Below, piece after piece: positions 25,169-36,417 of a stretch of 64,000 nt of DNA. Source of the stretch: Dimorphilus gyrociliatus. Taxonomy: Eukaryota; Animalia; Annelida. The first letter of the stretch is position 1. Each line of letters begins with the position of its first letter. The position numbers were made by a program, and so were the translations under genes. The notes under the pieces are model-generated. The model saw only the letters and a list, made by a program, of their open reading frames with translations, searched no databases and was not told the origin of the DNA. The stretch covers positions 1-64,000 of the forward strand of contig CAJFCJ010000018.1 of NCBI GenBank assembly GCA_904063045.1, given 5' to 3'.

Positions 25169-26551
25169 CAGTCGCGATATTAAGTAATTATAACAAGAGT
25201 AAAAATGTCTAAAAATCGAAATATTGTGTTTTACAGATAAAATGTATGGTTGTGAATATTTTTTTCTGTACGATAGATGACTTGTTAAACATCATGCAAA
25301 ATTTCAGATAAATATCTATATTTTAAGAATCAGTTTTTCACTCTTTTTTACAATACTATGAATTTAGGTCGCTATTAAGTAATTATAACATCATCTTTAT
25401 GACCTCATAATTATGAGTAGTATCATTGAAAAAAAAGTGGCCTACAAAAAATATTGTTCCCCTGTTCTACAAAGAATTCAGAACATTCAATTTATTTTGG
25501 AATAATTAAAAAATGCGTCGCCTATCTCTTGAAATCCGCAAAAGTATCCTGAATCACCTGGGAATGCCGAAGATGACGATTTGAAGCATAGCAGAAAAAT
25601 TTAATTGCAGCCCTGCGACAGTGCAGAATATAAAGAACAAATTTAAAAAATTTGGAACAATAAAAGATTTAAAGAGATCTGGTAGACCACGCAAAATCAC
25701 TAGGAGGATGGAGTTACAGCTAACAAAATCATCAAGATCGAATCCAAAATGGACAGCTAGACAAGTTCTAGAAAATTCAGCTGTTCCAATAAAGATTTCT
25801 TTATCAAGCGTAAAAAAAATTCTCTGCAAATACAAATTAAATGGGAGAATTGCTGCTAAAAAGCCAGCTCTAAATAGTAAACAAATTAAAAAACGAATGC
25901 AGTTTTGCAATCAAAAACTGAAATGGAGCTCAAATATGTGGAGAAAAGTTATATTTAGTGACGAGAGCAAAGTTGAACTCCATCCTCGTCGAAGGGAATA
26001 TGTGAGGAGGCCAGTTGGTACTAGAAATGATCCAAAATACACTACCAAAACTGTGAAGTTTGGTGGTGGTAACAGAAGAAAACTATGCTTAGGCAACCTA
26101 AAAATATAAAAGAGCTGTGGGAAATTTTTAGGGAGGAATTCTTCAAAATTTCTAATTTCGAAATTCAAGCATTATATGCCTCTATTGAAAGAAGGCTAAA
26201 TGCAACAAAAAAGGCACGGGGTAAGCAAACAAAATATTAAAACTAATAATTTTGCCATATACAATTGTATACCTATCTGAAAATGCATAAATAAATTAAA
26301 ATAAGTACTTTTCATGAACTCGATGGATTTGTTATAATTACTTAATAGCGACCTAAATTCATAGTATCCTAAAAAAGAGTGAAAAACTGATTCTTAAAAT
26401 ATAGATATTTATCTGAAATTTTGCATGATGTTTCACAAGTCATCTATCCTATAGAAAAAATTATTCACAACCATACACTTTGTCTGTAAAACAAAATATT
26501 TCGATTTTTAGGCATTTTTACTCTTGTTATAATTACTTAATATCGCGACTG
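25169..26551 (+). mobile_element. Tc1/mariner (IR-DR type) DNA transposon, non-autonomous deletion derivative, 1383 bp
   Basis: TA target duplications at 25167-25168 and 26552-26553. 222-bp terminal inverted repeats at 25169-25390 and 26330-26551 (about 10 mismatches by hand count), each with TATTAAGTAATTATAACA at its inner and outer end. Transposase remnant inside. Confidence 0.96.
25513..26240 (+). pseudogene. Disrupted Tc1 transposase
   Basis: MRRLSLEIRK...TI*SIAEKFNCSPATVQNI..KDLKRSGRPRK...VIFSDESK...TVKFGGG, with an in-frame TGA at 25582. After FGGG the sequence jumps, in another frame, to the Tc1 C-terminus KNIKELWE...RRLNATKKARGKQTKY*, so the second D and the E of the DDE triad are deleted. 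Confidence 0.93.
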
Positions 26552-26762
26552 TATTTAGAAAATTTTCTCTTTTAAAAAGAAAGTATTACATAAAGTGAAT
26601 CACACGGAATATGTATAACGTTAACAGTATAATTTGAAACAAATAAAGCAATACTGATTTTTTTTCGAAAAGAACACGATTTCTTTTAAATACAGAAGAA
26701 AATTCATAGAGAAAAAATTGAGGTCTCCAAACGAGGAACGAATCATTTTCCTTTCCAAAATA

Positions 26763-29700
26763 TCAAACAGACCATTGCTCTATTTATTATTCATATTGTT
26801 ATTCTTTTTTATATTTTACGTCTGCCAGTAATGTGAATTTGACATCCACTTTCAAAAGAAAGGGGTATATATCCATCTACATTTGGCGATACATAACAAA
26901 ATTCTGTTCCTATTTGTCAAATAAAGATTTATTATAATTAGTATTCAAAGTAATGTGCAAAGAAAGATTTCACTTACCAATCATAATTTCTACATTAGCT
27001 AAATTAAAAACGTCCAAAACTGCGGCATATTTTAATTTATCGCCGTCTAATAGGAAGTTCTTAGTAATAGTCTGCGTATCGGAATGAAGTGTAATATAAA
27101 CAATGGGAGGCGTTGACAAACTTGGATATGACATTGAATCAAATGATTGGTATGGTCTGGAATTATTATCAAGGAATTCATTTGGAGATGCATTTGATGT
27201 GGAGTGAGATTCCTTTAAATAAAAGTAATACAATTTAAATTATGTAACATTCAATATAAGCACGTAGTCTTTCTTTTTACCTCTTTTGGTCTAATATTCT
27301 CTTTCCAATCGTTTGTTATATCTTGTATTCCTGAAAATGAATTAGTGGCTGCTTCTTCCATTCGAGAAACTGGAAGAGTGAGATTGTTCATTTTCTGGGC
27401 TTGTATATTGTTGTAAGGATTTAAATTACTCATTAAAGTTCCTGGGAGCATTTCGTAACTTTTACTACTCTCATTGAAAAAAATTTGACCGCTGCTCATC
27501 ATATTTTGCATTTCAAAGCAAGGAATAGAAGCAGAAGGGGAGTTTCCTACAGATAATGTAGGAAAATGTTGATTTACATCCATTGGCAATGCTTTAATAA
27601 CGAACATAAGAGTTTTAAAACAAATATTAATTAATTTTAGAAATGATAACACTAACTAGCATAATTTTGATATTCAAATGGAGTTGAATAAAAATTATTT
27701 GGAATAAAAATTGTATATGGAGGTTGAGACGGACTTGCAGAGTTTTGAGAGATAGAGACTGGAGAGTTAGTTCGATTATCGTCATTTTCTAATCGCTCTT
27801 TTAAAGGATAAGAAACGAATTATAGTCTTCGTTTAATGCTACTATAAAAACAGACCTTGATATACGAGTAGTTCAACTCTAATCGAGTACTTTCCCAAAA
27901 TACTAAATTGAAATGATGGCTGTTCTTCTTCACAAATGGCATTCAGTAAAAGAAATTGATTATTTTCATCGGATAGTTTACATATTCCTTTCGCCCTTTC
28001 ATTTGTATTTAGGCTGAGACAAGAGTTTTGAAATATTTTATCGGCGTCTTTGTTTATCCGAAATTGGTATACTTTCGAAGAAGCATGTCCAGATACAAGA
28101 ATACAACCCATATTTGTACACTCCAAAATATCCGGTGTTAAAATGTCAGTTAAATTAAACGTACTCAAAATAGTTTCTTCTATAAAATCGACTAAAATTA
28201 CTTGGGAATATTTTTCAGTATTGCATTCGGTTATGCATAAACTTTTGAGTTTTTCTGCAATAGAGTCGTCTTTTCTCTTGAATCTAATAATACTCGGATC
28301 AATATGATCTTCCTGTGTTTCGTCTTCCTTATCTTCCAATTTCAATAAGCACTGCCGGTCGTTGGCTTTAGTTTTTAATTGATATCTACTAGTACATATT
28401 AAGTATCTTTCGTCTTGGCACTTTAAGGCAATAATTAACGTTTCAATGCTTTAAAACAAGAGAAAGATTATTAGTTAAAATATTAAAATTATAGAAAATT
28501 AGTGAATTTATTACATATCCAAACAAAAAGTTCGAACAACGTATTCCGTTATTTTTTCCTTTATATTTTTCCAATGATAAATCTACAAAATACAATAAAA
28601 AGCAATTAATTAAGAGCTGTCTATCTTAAAATATAAAAATATCTACATACTACTATGTTACTACTACTTCCAATGATGAAATAGTTTCCTTTAATTGACC
28701 AACATCCGCATTGCATTGGAGCTGCATTTTCACTGAATCAAAAAAACTTTCAAAATAAACTTTGCATTTATTAGATTAAACCTAATTACTAACCTTGAAA
28801 ATTTTGGATCTAATGCTAAACTAGCAGGTTTATCTTGGCCTACGTTATTCAAATATATCGTACTATAAAACTTTGAAATTATGCAAACAATATCCAAAAA
28901 AGGATGCCAAAGAATTCCATTTAATAAAGATTTAGAATTAATATCTCGACAGTTGTTAACATAGTAATCCAATTTTTTCCCCTCTCCCGAAATTCGAATA
29001 CTCTTTGTAATTATAAACAATTTTACAACATTCGGACATTGAACTGTAATAATTCTGTTGTTTGCATCTATTCTGTAGCCCCATAGAACAGCGTCGACTT
29101 GGCTGTAAATGAAACAAGGTAATTAAAATAAGAGGATAAGTTTAATATATCTTAAGATACTAGTTTAACAAAAATGCATTGAAATGCATTCTGCTTGCGC
29201 TTAGCAATAATTGACTTAATGACATGCGCAGATGCAGAAGGTAATAAAATTCAATAGTATCGCATTACGTCGTGATAATAATTTGTTCGTGATAATAAAG
29301 CACACCCATATTGGGTGTAGATTTATATTCTCTTTATGGTTAAAGAGTAATATTTTATGCAAAAAAAATAATAAAAATATCACATAATTCTTTGCAGTAC
29401 GAAAAATAGATTCAATTTATATGTTAATAGTATTTATATTCAAAAGTCAAATCTTTAACAAGATATGAGAAAGAAAGAATGAAATTTTAATTGATAGTTA
29501 TAGGATCTAATTATCAAGTATTAAATTACTGTTACTGGTATGCCTATATGTCTACAATACATATAAATATATATATATATTAGTATATATATATTGAGAG
29601 AGGGAGAGAGAAAGATATATATGGTTTTTTATTATTATATGCATTTAGAAGTTTATATTATGTTATTTTAACAATATACTATCACAGCATAATATATTTT

Positions 29701-30176
29701 TAGAGTCTTGCTAGGTTATATTAATTTGTATGTACTTACTCAAGTTGCATCAAGGTTTTGGTGAGAAATCTTTCTAAACATCTTTTAATAGCTTTAATAC
29801 CACATATGTTTACATTTCGTCCATCAGTCCATAATAATCCATGTTCTTCGCAAAAGCCTATTTATTAAAATGATTTTTTGAATATGTTTTCCTCTAGTTT
29901 TGACCATTCTAAACCAAACTACTGAAAATTCTACAAGTTTCTTAAATAAGAAATAGCTTTTACAGTTATTTATTAAGGAAAACAAGGTAGTTACATAAAA
30001 TGCAATCATCTATGGCTTATATTATTTAGGTTGAAATTTGTCAAAAACGTTACGTAACTTGAATATTGATTATATTTAGCAAAAAGGATTGGTTACAATT
30101 TTGAAATTAAACACTTACCAGATGCTAGATAATTGATTCCTGCTCTTGCCAAAGAGGCTGTTCCTAAATTCATCAT
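26763..30176 (-). CDS. WDCP: WD repeat and coiled-coil protein (WDCP/C2orf44) homolog, multi-exon; last exon tentative
   Basis: Spliced MMNLGTASLARAGINYLASGFCEEHGLLWTDGRNV; GILWHPFLDIV; MQCGCWSIKG; ILTPDIL..NTNERAKGICKL; DGYIPLSF. These parallel recalled human WDCP motifs (HGLAWTDG, GCVWHP, CACWTQDG, ILVPDL, ERPKGICFL, EGFIPLTF). Confidence 0.8.
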
Positions 30177-30488
30177 GGAATGATTGATATATATTAAAAT
30201 TTAATCTTTATATCAGTTTGTTAACATATTCTTCATATTTGTGAGAGTTATAGCGACTTGCCTCTTCAATCACGATCTTCAGACGTCCTGTCGTCTGCTA
30301 AAAGTTTACAATCCGAAAATGAGTTTTAGTATTTTTATGTTACAATCTAGAACTTGTCCACAAATCAAAAAAGACTTTGATGAAAAAAATTTCTTTATAT
30401 TGTTTATATGAAAAGAAACTTTTAATCTACACTTTAAAATATTTAAATACACAATAGACGTCGCTGGCTGCATATAAAGATCACACCA

Positions 30489-30512
30489 TCACATGACGTT
30501 AGGTCACGTGAT
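30489..30512. promoter_or_regulatory. Paired E-box/CLEAR-like sites in the WDCP-STARD3 bidirectional promoter
   Basis: TCACATGAC (30489-30497) and GTCACGTGAT (30503-30512), about 170 nt upstream of the STARD3 ATG. Confidence 0.5.
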
Positions 30513-30678
30513 GATCTGGCTTTGGGTAACAAATAAATAAACAATACCTGTTTCCTACATTAGAACAGACACAAATAATCAACCAATATCTTTTTCTGAA
30601 GATTAATATTTTTTGCCTCTTAGCTTGATACAGAAAATTTTATGATTGAACTCCATAAAATAGGAATATACTAACGTT

Positions 30679-32826
30679 ATGAACGATAATAGGAGGAGAG
30701 AATCACCTATATTTTTTGGAAATCATTTGAATCAGAGTTTGGAAAGATTAGTGTATGCAGATATATATAGTTTAAATAATCCTATGGCTAATACTCTAAC
30801 GTAGATAATATTTCTTTTTAGGAATAGCTCAACTCAAAGCGAAAGTAGAGTTGTTTGCTGCGGTTTCTTAACACCTGTTCGAAGAACATTTTGCCTATTA
30901 GTAACATTCGATCTCATCCTTACTTTTCTTCTATGGGTCATTTATACACAAGTAGTTGGAATAAAACCATTTCCAAAAGAAGCTTTTCGAATGGAAGTAG
31001 GAGAATATAGTTTCAAAACGTCCATGTTTGATATGATTGTAAGTAATTTTGCTATTTGAACAAAATTAAGCAAAAAATTACTATAATCTTTTTATTACAT
31101 AAAAACCCGCAGATGGCTTCTGGTAGTCGCTTTGTCATTTTGTTGCTATTCTATTTAGCAATTAGAATGAAAAATCCCTGGATTGTGGGTTTGACTACTG
31201 CTGCCACAACTGTATTCCTAATTGTCAAGATTTTTCTATTCAACTTCACAGTAATTATCCTTTTAATAGTTTACCAATGCATGATAACTATTTTACTTAA
31301 TAACTATCTAAAACTACTAATAAATAAATAATTTTTAAGGATATACTTATATATAATTACTTTACAGGGTTCTAAACAAAATGTTATAACTTATATACTC
31401 CTGCTGGAATCGTTTGTCATCGCTTGGATTGAAGTGTGGTTTCTAGATTTTAATGTTCTACCAAGAGAACAAAAACTCAGAGATAGAGGTATAGAAAAAC
31501 AATAAAACTCATACATATATTGTATTCCTTAAATCTTCGCCTTATTTAACAAACTATCTTTTTTATATTTTTCCCTCACATATTTGACTTTACGCTGCAG
31601 AACTGCTGAATGGTAGAGGTTTTTATTACTTACCATTCGTTTATCCTAAACAAAACATATAATTATCCTTTAAATTACTGGTAGCTTTTATAAAGATTAG
31701 CAGAATTATTACACGTGTTAGTGATAATTACTAACAAGTATTTAAATCACTAATGCTAAATTTGTTTTATTCCCTTTTTACATTAAGCTATGATAGAGTA
31801 GTCAAATTTATAAACTATTAGAGTATAGGTTAAAATTTATTTAAACGTTTCTGCAAGAATTTATTACATCTATGCAGAGAGTTTACCACATATGGCGGAC
31901 GAAAGATCAGCATTGTTACACCGTTACCTACGTGCCACTTCTAATTATGATGCAACTAGTGCAGATTTCTATTCATGCAGAGAATGGTATAGCCCAACAG
32001 GTTAGCTTAAAAAAGGTTTTTGAAAGATAGCCAATGTTTAAGTAGAGATAATCGACAAAAACAGGTTCTGATGATGAGGCAGAAGAAGCAGACTTAGACA
32101 GGACTATTGTTGGACAGGAGTCTCAAACTGAAGCAAAGATGATAATAAATAAAGCAAAAGATGCCTGGGATCGGTGCTGGGCTATTTGTAAAGATAGTAG
32201 TACTGCTTGGAAGACAGAAGGCAGGAATGAGCTAGCTACAGTTCACTCTATAATTCTGCCCGGCCTGGGGAAATTTTTTAAACTTGAGTGTCTTTTGGAA
32301 GCAGATGTAAAATTATTATTCGAATTACTAGTTGTTAGACTGGAAGAGACGCCAGGATGGAATAGTCAAATAATAGAGTGTCGAACACTCCAATCATTAA
32401 CTACCAATTCAGACATTACCTATAGTATAGCAGCACCTGGAGCTGGCGGAGTTATTTCTAGCAGGTTTATTTTCATTTGCTCATTAATTGATTAACATAA
32501 TAACGCTATTTGAAAATTTCTATCCTAGGGATTTTGTCAGTGCCCGATTTTGGAAATGGAAAGAAGGTTGCATTCTTGCAGCGGCAACAGCTGTTAATTG
32601 TAGCAAAGCACCAGTTAATAAATTGTATGTAAGAGGTGAAAATAACTTAGTCGGGTGGCTGTTGCAGCCGGTTACAGATGAAAGAACAAAGTTCGTGTGG
32701 CTCTTAAATACAGACTTGAAAGGATATATTCCAAAATTTACTGTTAATAAAGCACTGTGTGCTGTCATGCTTGACTTTATTAGTATGCTAATTGTCAAAT
32801 TGAATAGTTTAAAGAATTATGAATGA
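30679..32826 (+). CDS. STARD3: StAR-related lipid transfer protein 3 (MLN64): MENTAL plus START domains
   Basis: VRRTFCLLVTFDLILTFLLW and FKTSMFD (MENTAL); WNSQIIECRTLQ..DITYSIAAPGAGGVISSRDFVSARFW and YVRGEN...WLLNTDLKGYIPK (START). Confidence 0.93.
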
Positions 32827-33047
32827 ATGAGTTATTTTCTTCATATAGCGTTTTTGTTTCTATTTGTGAAATTATATGGAACGTTTTTAATTTTCAATTC
32901 TCACGCAAATGATTAGATACAAATATTTTTACAGTTGAACCTATTTCATATATTCGTTTAAAATTGCAAGAAATGCTTCTCCGTTTTGTTTAAATTATTA
33001 TTTTGATTAAGTCTAACAGATATTTGTTTCACACCGTCTTATTCTGA

Positions 33048-34185
33048 TCACGAAGATCGTTTTTTTAAATACCTAGAAAATGGGTTAGCAGGAATATAAT
33101 CAGATAATTTTTCAAATAGAGTTAGTTCTTCAATTTTCCACACTCCTACTCTTTTTTTAATAGCAATTCCCTCAGCTCTATTTAACCTTTTCATAAACCT
33201 TGCCCATATCGCATCATTTTCATTCACCTTTTTAGGAAGACCCAATCCCCTTTTAACAACTTCCTCATTGACGTTTACTATGAGCTTCCAAAACGAAGGC
33301 TTATGTAGTATAATGCAGTCCAAACTATTCGAATCGATTCTATTCATTAGCCTAAACCATACTTTTTCCGACATGAAATTGGATTTTAAATAGTTGACTC
33401 CTCCTTCTTTGAGGATTACACCAGCTAAGGAGACATTGAGCGATTTTGTATGATTATTCAAATAAGGAAGATGGATTAGACGTTGATGCTCTATTTTAAG
33501 ATTTCCAACTTCATCAATTGATCTAACAAATCCCTGATTGTTGAGTTTAAATTGGAAATGTTATTCAATAAATCAAATGAAAATTACCTGTAATTTGACG
33601 TGCCGGGTTATGAATCGTTCAGGGATTTGATTAGCACTTTTGAATTTCGTTAACTAATTTGAAAAATTGAATCTTAACACAACAAATAAATATTGAAGTA
33701 CGATTTATTCTCTCACCAATCTTCCACTTCTTCCAATTAAAATCAGACCTACGAAACCAGTAGCAGCAATTGTATACTGTAAGAAATAAACATGATATTC
33801 TTATAGTAAAACAATAGGCTTGTTGGTAGAAATCTTATATATAAGAATATTTATGATTTTCAAGCCTAAATTACAAATTGCTTTCATAGCTTTGTTATAC
33901 ATTTATATATTCTATAAAATATATGATCTAGCCTGATTGTGATTAAATGACTATCGATAAATTTCACTATGGATGAGAGATAGTCAAAACTAAACTGTTC
34001 ATCTTTGGTTTCCTACATTTGGATTCTATTTTTCTAGCTATTTTTTTAAATTGTACAATATTACTTGGAAAGATCCTATTCTGTTTCTTTTGTAAGAAGA
34101 TTAAGTTTTAAAACATTACTTTTGCTATAACACTTTTTATAGCTTCAGAAATGACTACTGTCTGAATATCTCCTCTATCGACCAT
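33048..34185 (-). CDS. C3orf33: C3orf33-like protein (SNase-like fold); 5' exon structure unresolved
   Basis: TKFKSANQIPERFITRHVKLQGFV..LKIEH..SLAGV..VWFRL..VNVNEEVVKRGLG..AE..AIKKRVGVWK matches the recalled C3orf33 pattern. ATG 34185 is tentative. Confidence 0.78.
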
Positions 34186-34928
34186 ATCAAGAGAGTATCT
34201 TGTCTACAGAGCTTTTACTTTGATAATTGTGTTCTCACTTATTAACACCATCCAAAACACGGAACTTGGCGAATTATATACACCAATAGATGGCGTTAAT
34301 CAAGAGATATTATATCATGCTAAATATAATAATTAAAAAAAAACCAACACTAATTAGTATCAATATGGCATTATTCTCTACTTAAAGGAGATCTAATGCT
34401 ATTTTTGGTTCAATATTCTCATATTTATAAAAAAAACTCTATTGATATACATGTTACAAAAGCATTATTTATTAAAACTCAGCAGTTAATTTATTAATAT
34501 TTGAAACATAACATAATCAATTTATTATTCAAGGTGTGTATATATACAGTAAATAGATATTTAAAACAATATTAACATGTTTTGCTTTCTTTTATCCAAA
34601 TTTGCAGAATATTCTTAGTTACAATTTAAATTTCAAGTTGTCTACCATTCATTCCATAAATTTCAGTATTAATATTTACTTAAAAGTTAATATATCATAT
34701 GTAAAGAGCATTCTCCTCATTGTGAATGAAATAAGAATTCTGTAAATTAATCAATGTTACCGTTTCCCGTTGTATTGATGAAAATTCCTAGAAAATATTC
34801 TGTTAGCGAACTGTCAATCCAGGTTCAACTTGGCCAAAAGGGTACGACATTAACCGATATAGAAAAATTGAAGGCGTTTATAGTATTAATATTTTTTAAG
34901 TGTAATTACGTTTTCGCATTTTAACGTT

Positions 34929-34934
<6 letters not shown>

Positions 34935-34980
<46 letters not shown>
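34935..34980. repeat. (AG)n microsatellite, about 23 units
   Basis: Direct reading of the sequence. Confidence 0.95.
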
Positions 34981-34983
<3 letters not shown>

Positions 34984-36048
34984 GAGAAAGAATATGGAAA
35001 AGTCAAATAAAATCCTCATTATTATTGACTTATTTCCTCTTTCCATTTGAAATAATACAAGTAGGGGAAAATCCTTAATACGATTTATTTTATTACTATT
35101 ATCTTTATTCTTATTTAACTAATTTTTTTTGAGTTTTTATACAAAAAGCTGACAGAGATGACGGACATAAGATAAATATATATATACAGCATACATAAAA
35201 AAGACTATTCGGTCGCATTATGGTCACACGGCATTTAATTACAAAGATTTAATAGTAAGTCTGATCCAGAAAAGTTATTCCCAGAAGTTAGTGATGATTA
35301 ATTGAGGAACTTTATTAAATAACAAACTTGATTAAAATTTAATCTTACCTTTATCTGGTAAATAAAAGCATAAAACCTTTAAAATAACATTTAGAATATT
35401 TATTTATTATTAAAATGTAAAATTGTTACCCAAAATTCGGACACTTCTCTCATACTCTCCTTTATTTGATCATTTTATTGTCCGTTTACAAGGGAAATGA
35501 CAATCAGTATAGAAATTAATCAAAAAATTATTATTATTCAAAGTTTAATTATGTTTAAAACGTATAAATTAAAAAGAGTTAATTATATCGCCAACCAACC
35601 ACCTGTTGCCTTTAAACCGGCAGGAAAATAAAGCAGCCAAAAATAACTTTAAGGATATAAGGAAAATAAAGACGGGGGAAAGCTTTAGATTTGAAAGACT
35701 TTCTATAGTAAGAGAAACTGGTAAAGAAAAATGAAATCTATTTGCAAGTTTTCTTATTTAGCGATTTTTGGCAAAAAATAAAATTCTATGACGTCATATT
35801 TTAAATCTCTTTTTATATATTATTGATATTTCTAAGCATCACGTAAAATGTTGTCTTAAAGTAACAATTATGGTTTTTACGATGTTCTATTGTTGTCTAG
35901 AAAGCTTTCTCGTGCAGCGGCGTACTTTTATTTGATGAACCATTACGGAAATTACACATAGGTAAATATCCAAATGACTTAAATAAACTATTAGATAGAA
36001 CATTACAAAGTTATTTACTATCATAATCGGGGTTGTATCATTATATCT

Positions 36049-36417
36049 TTAACCGTCTTTTCTTTTATTGAAGAAATTCGAACCAAAGTCTTGGAGGGAC
36101 CTCTTCTCTCCAAATCCTCTCTTATTATATATTTGATTTAAATAATCTGCCCATTCTCTCTTTTGGAAAATTGGAGATCCAAAATCTTCAGCGGACCATT
36201 TTTTATTAAACATTCCATTACCAAAGTCTTGAGCCGACCATCGTTTGTTAAACATTTTGCTACCGAAGTCAGTAGCAGACCATTTTTTGTTAAATACGTC
36301 TCCACCGAAATCCGAAAATGACCTCTTCTCACCAAATCCTCTTTTTACAGCGGCGGAAAATACCGGTGTAGATAAGCAAAGGAGGAGAACGATGGAGGCA
36401 AGTAGGTGATGGAACAT
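36049..36417 (-). CDS. Secreted multi-copy neuropeptide precursor (122 aa)
   Basis: Hydrophobic signal peptide (about aa 1-22) followed by 8 peptides separated by KR/KK dibasic sites. A splice acceptor TTTCAG lies 5 nt before the ATG. Confidence 0.93.
   Translation of the reverse strand: MFHHLLASIVLLLCLSTPVFSAAVKRGFGEKRSFSDFGGDVFNKKWSATDFGSKMFNKRWSAQDFGNGMFNKKWSAEDFGSPIFQKREWADYLNQIYNKRGFGEKRSLQDFGSNFFNKRKDG

Noticed and set aside
25554-26168. Minus-strand ORFs 25554-25910 and 25911-26168
   Set aside because: Antisense shadows of the Tc1 transposase.
36138-36335. 65-aa alternative-frame ORF in the neuropeptide gene
   Set aside because: By-product of the repeated peptide-coding units; no signal peptide or dibasic pattern.
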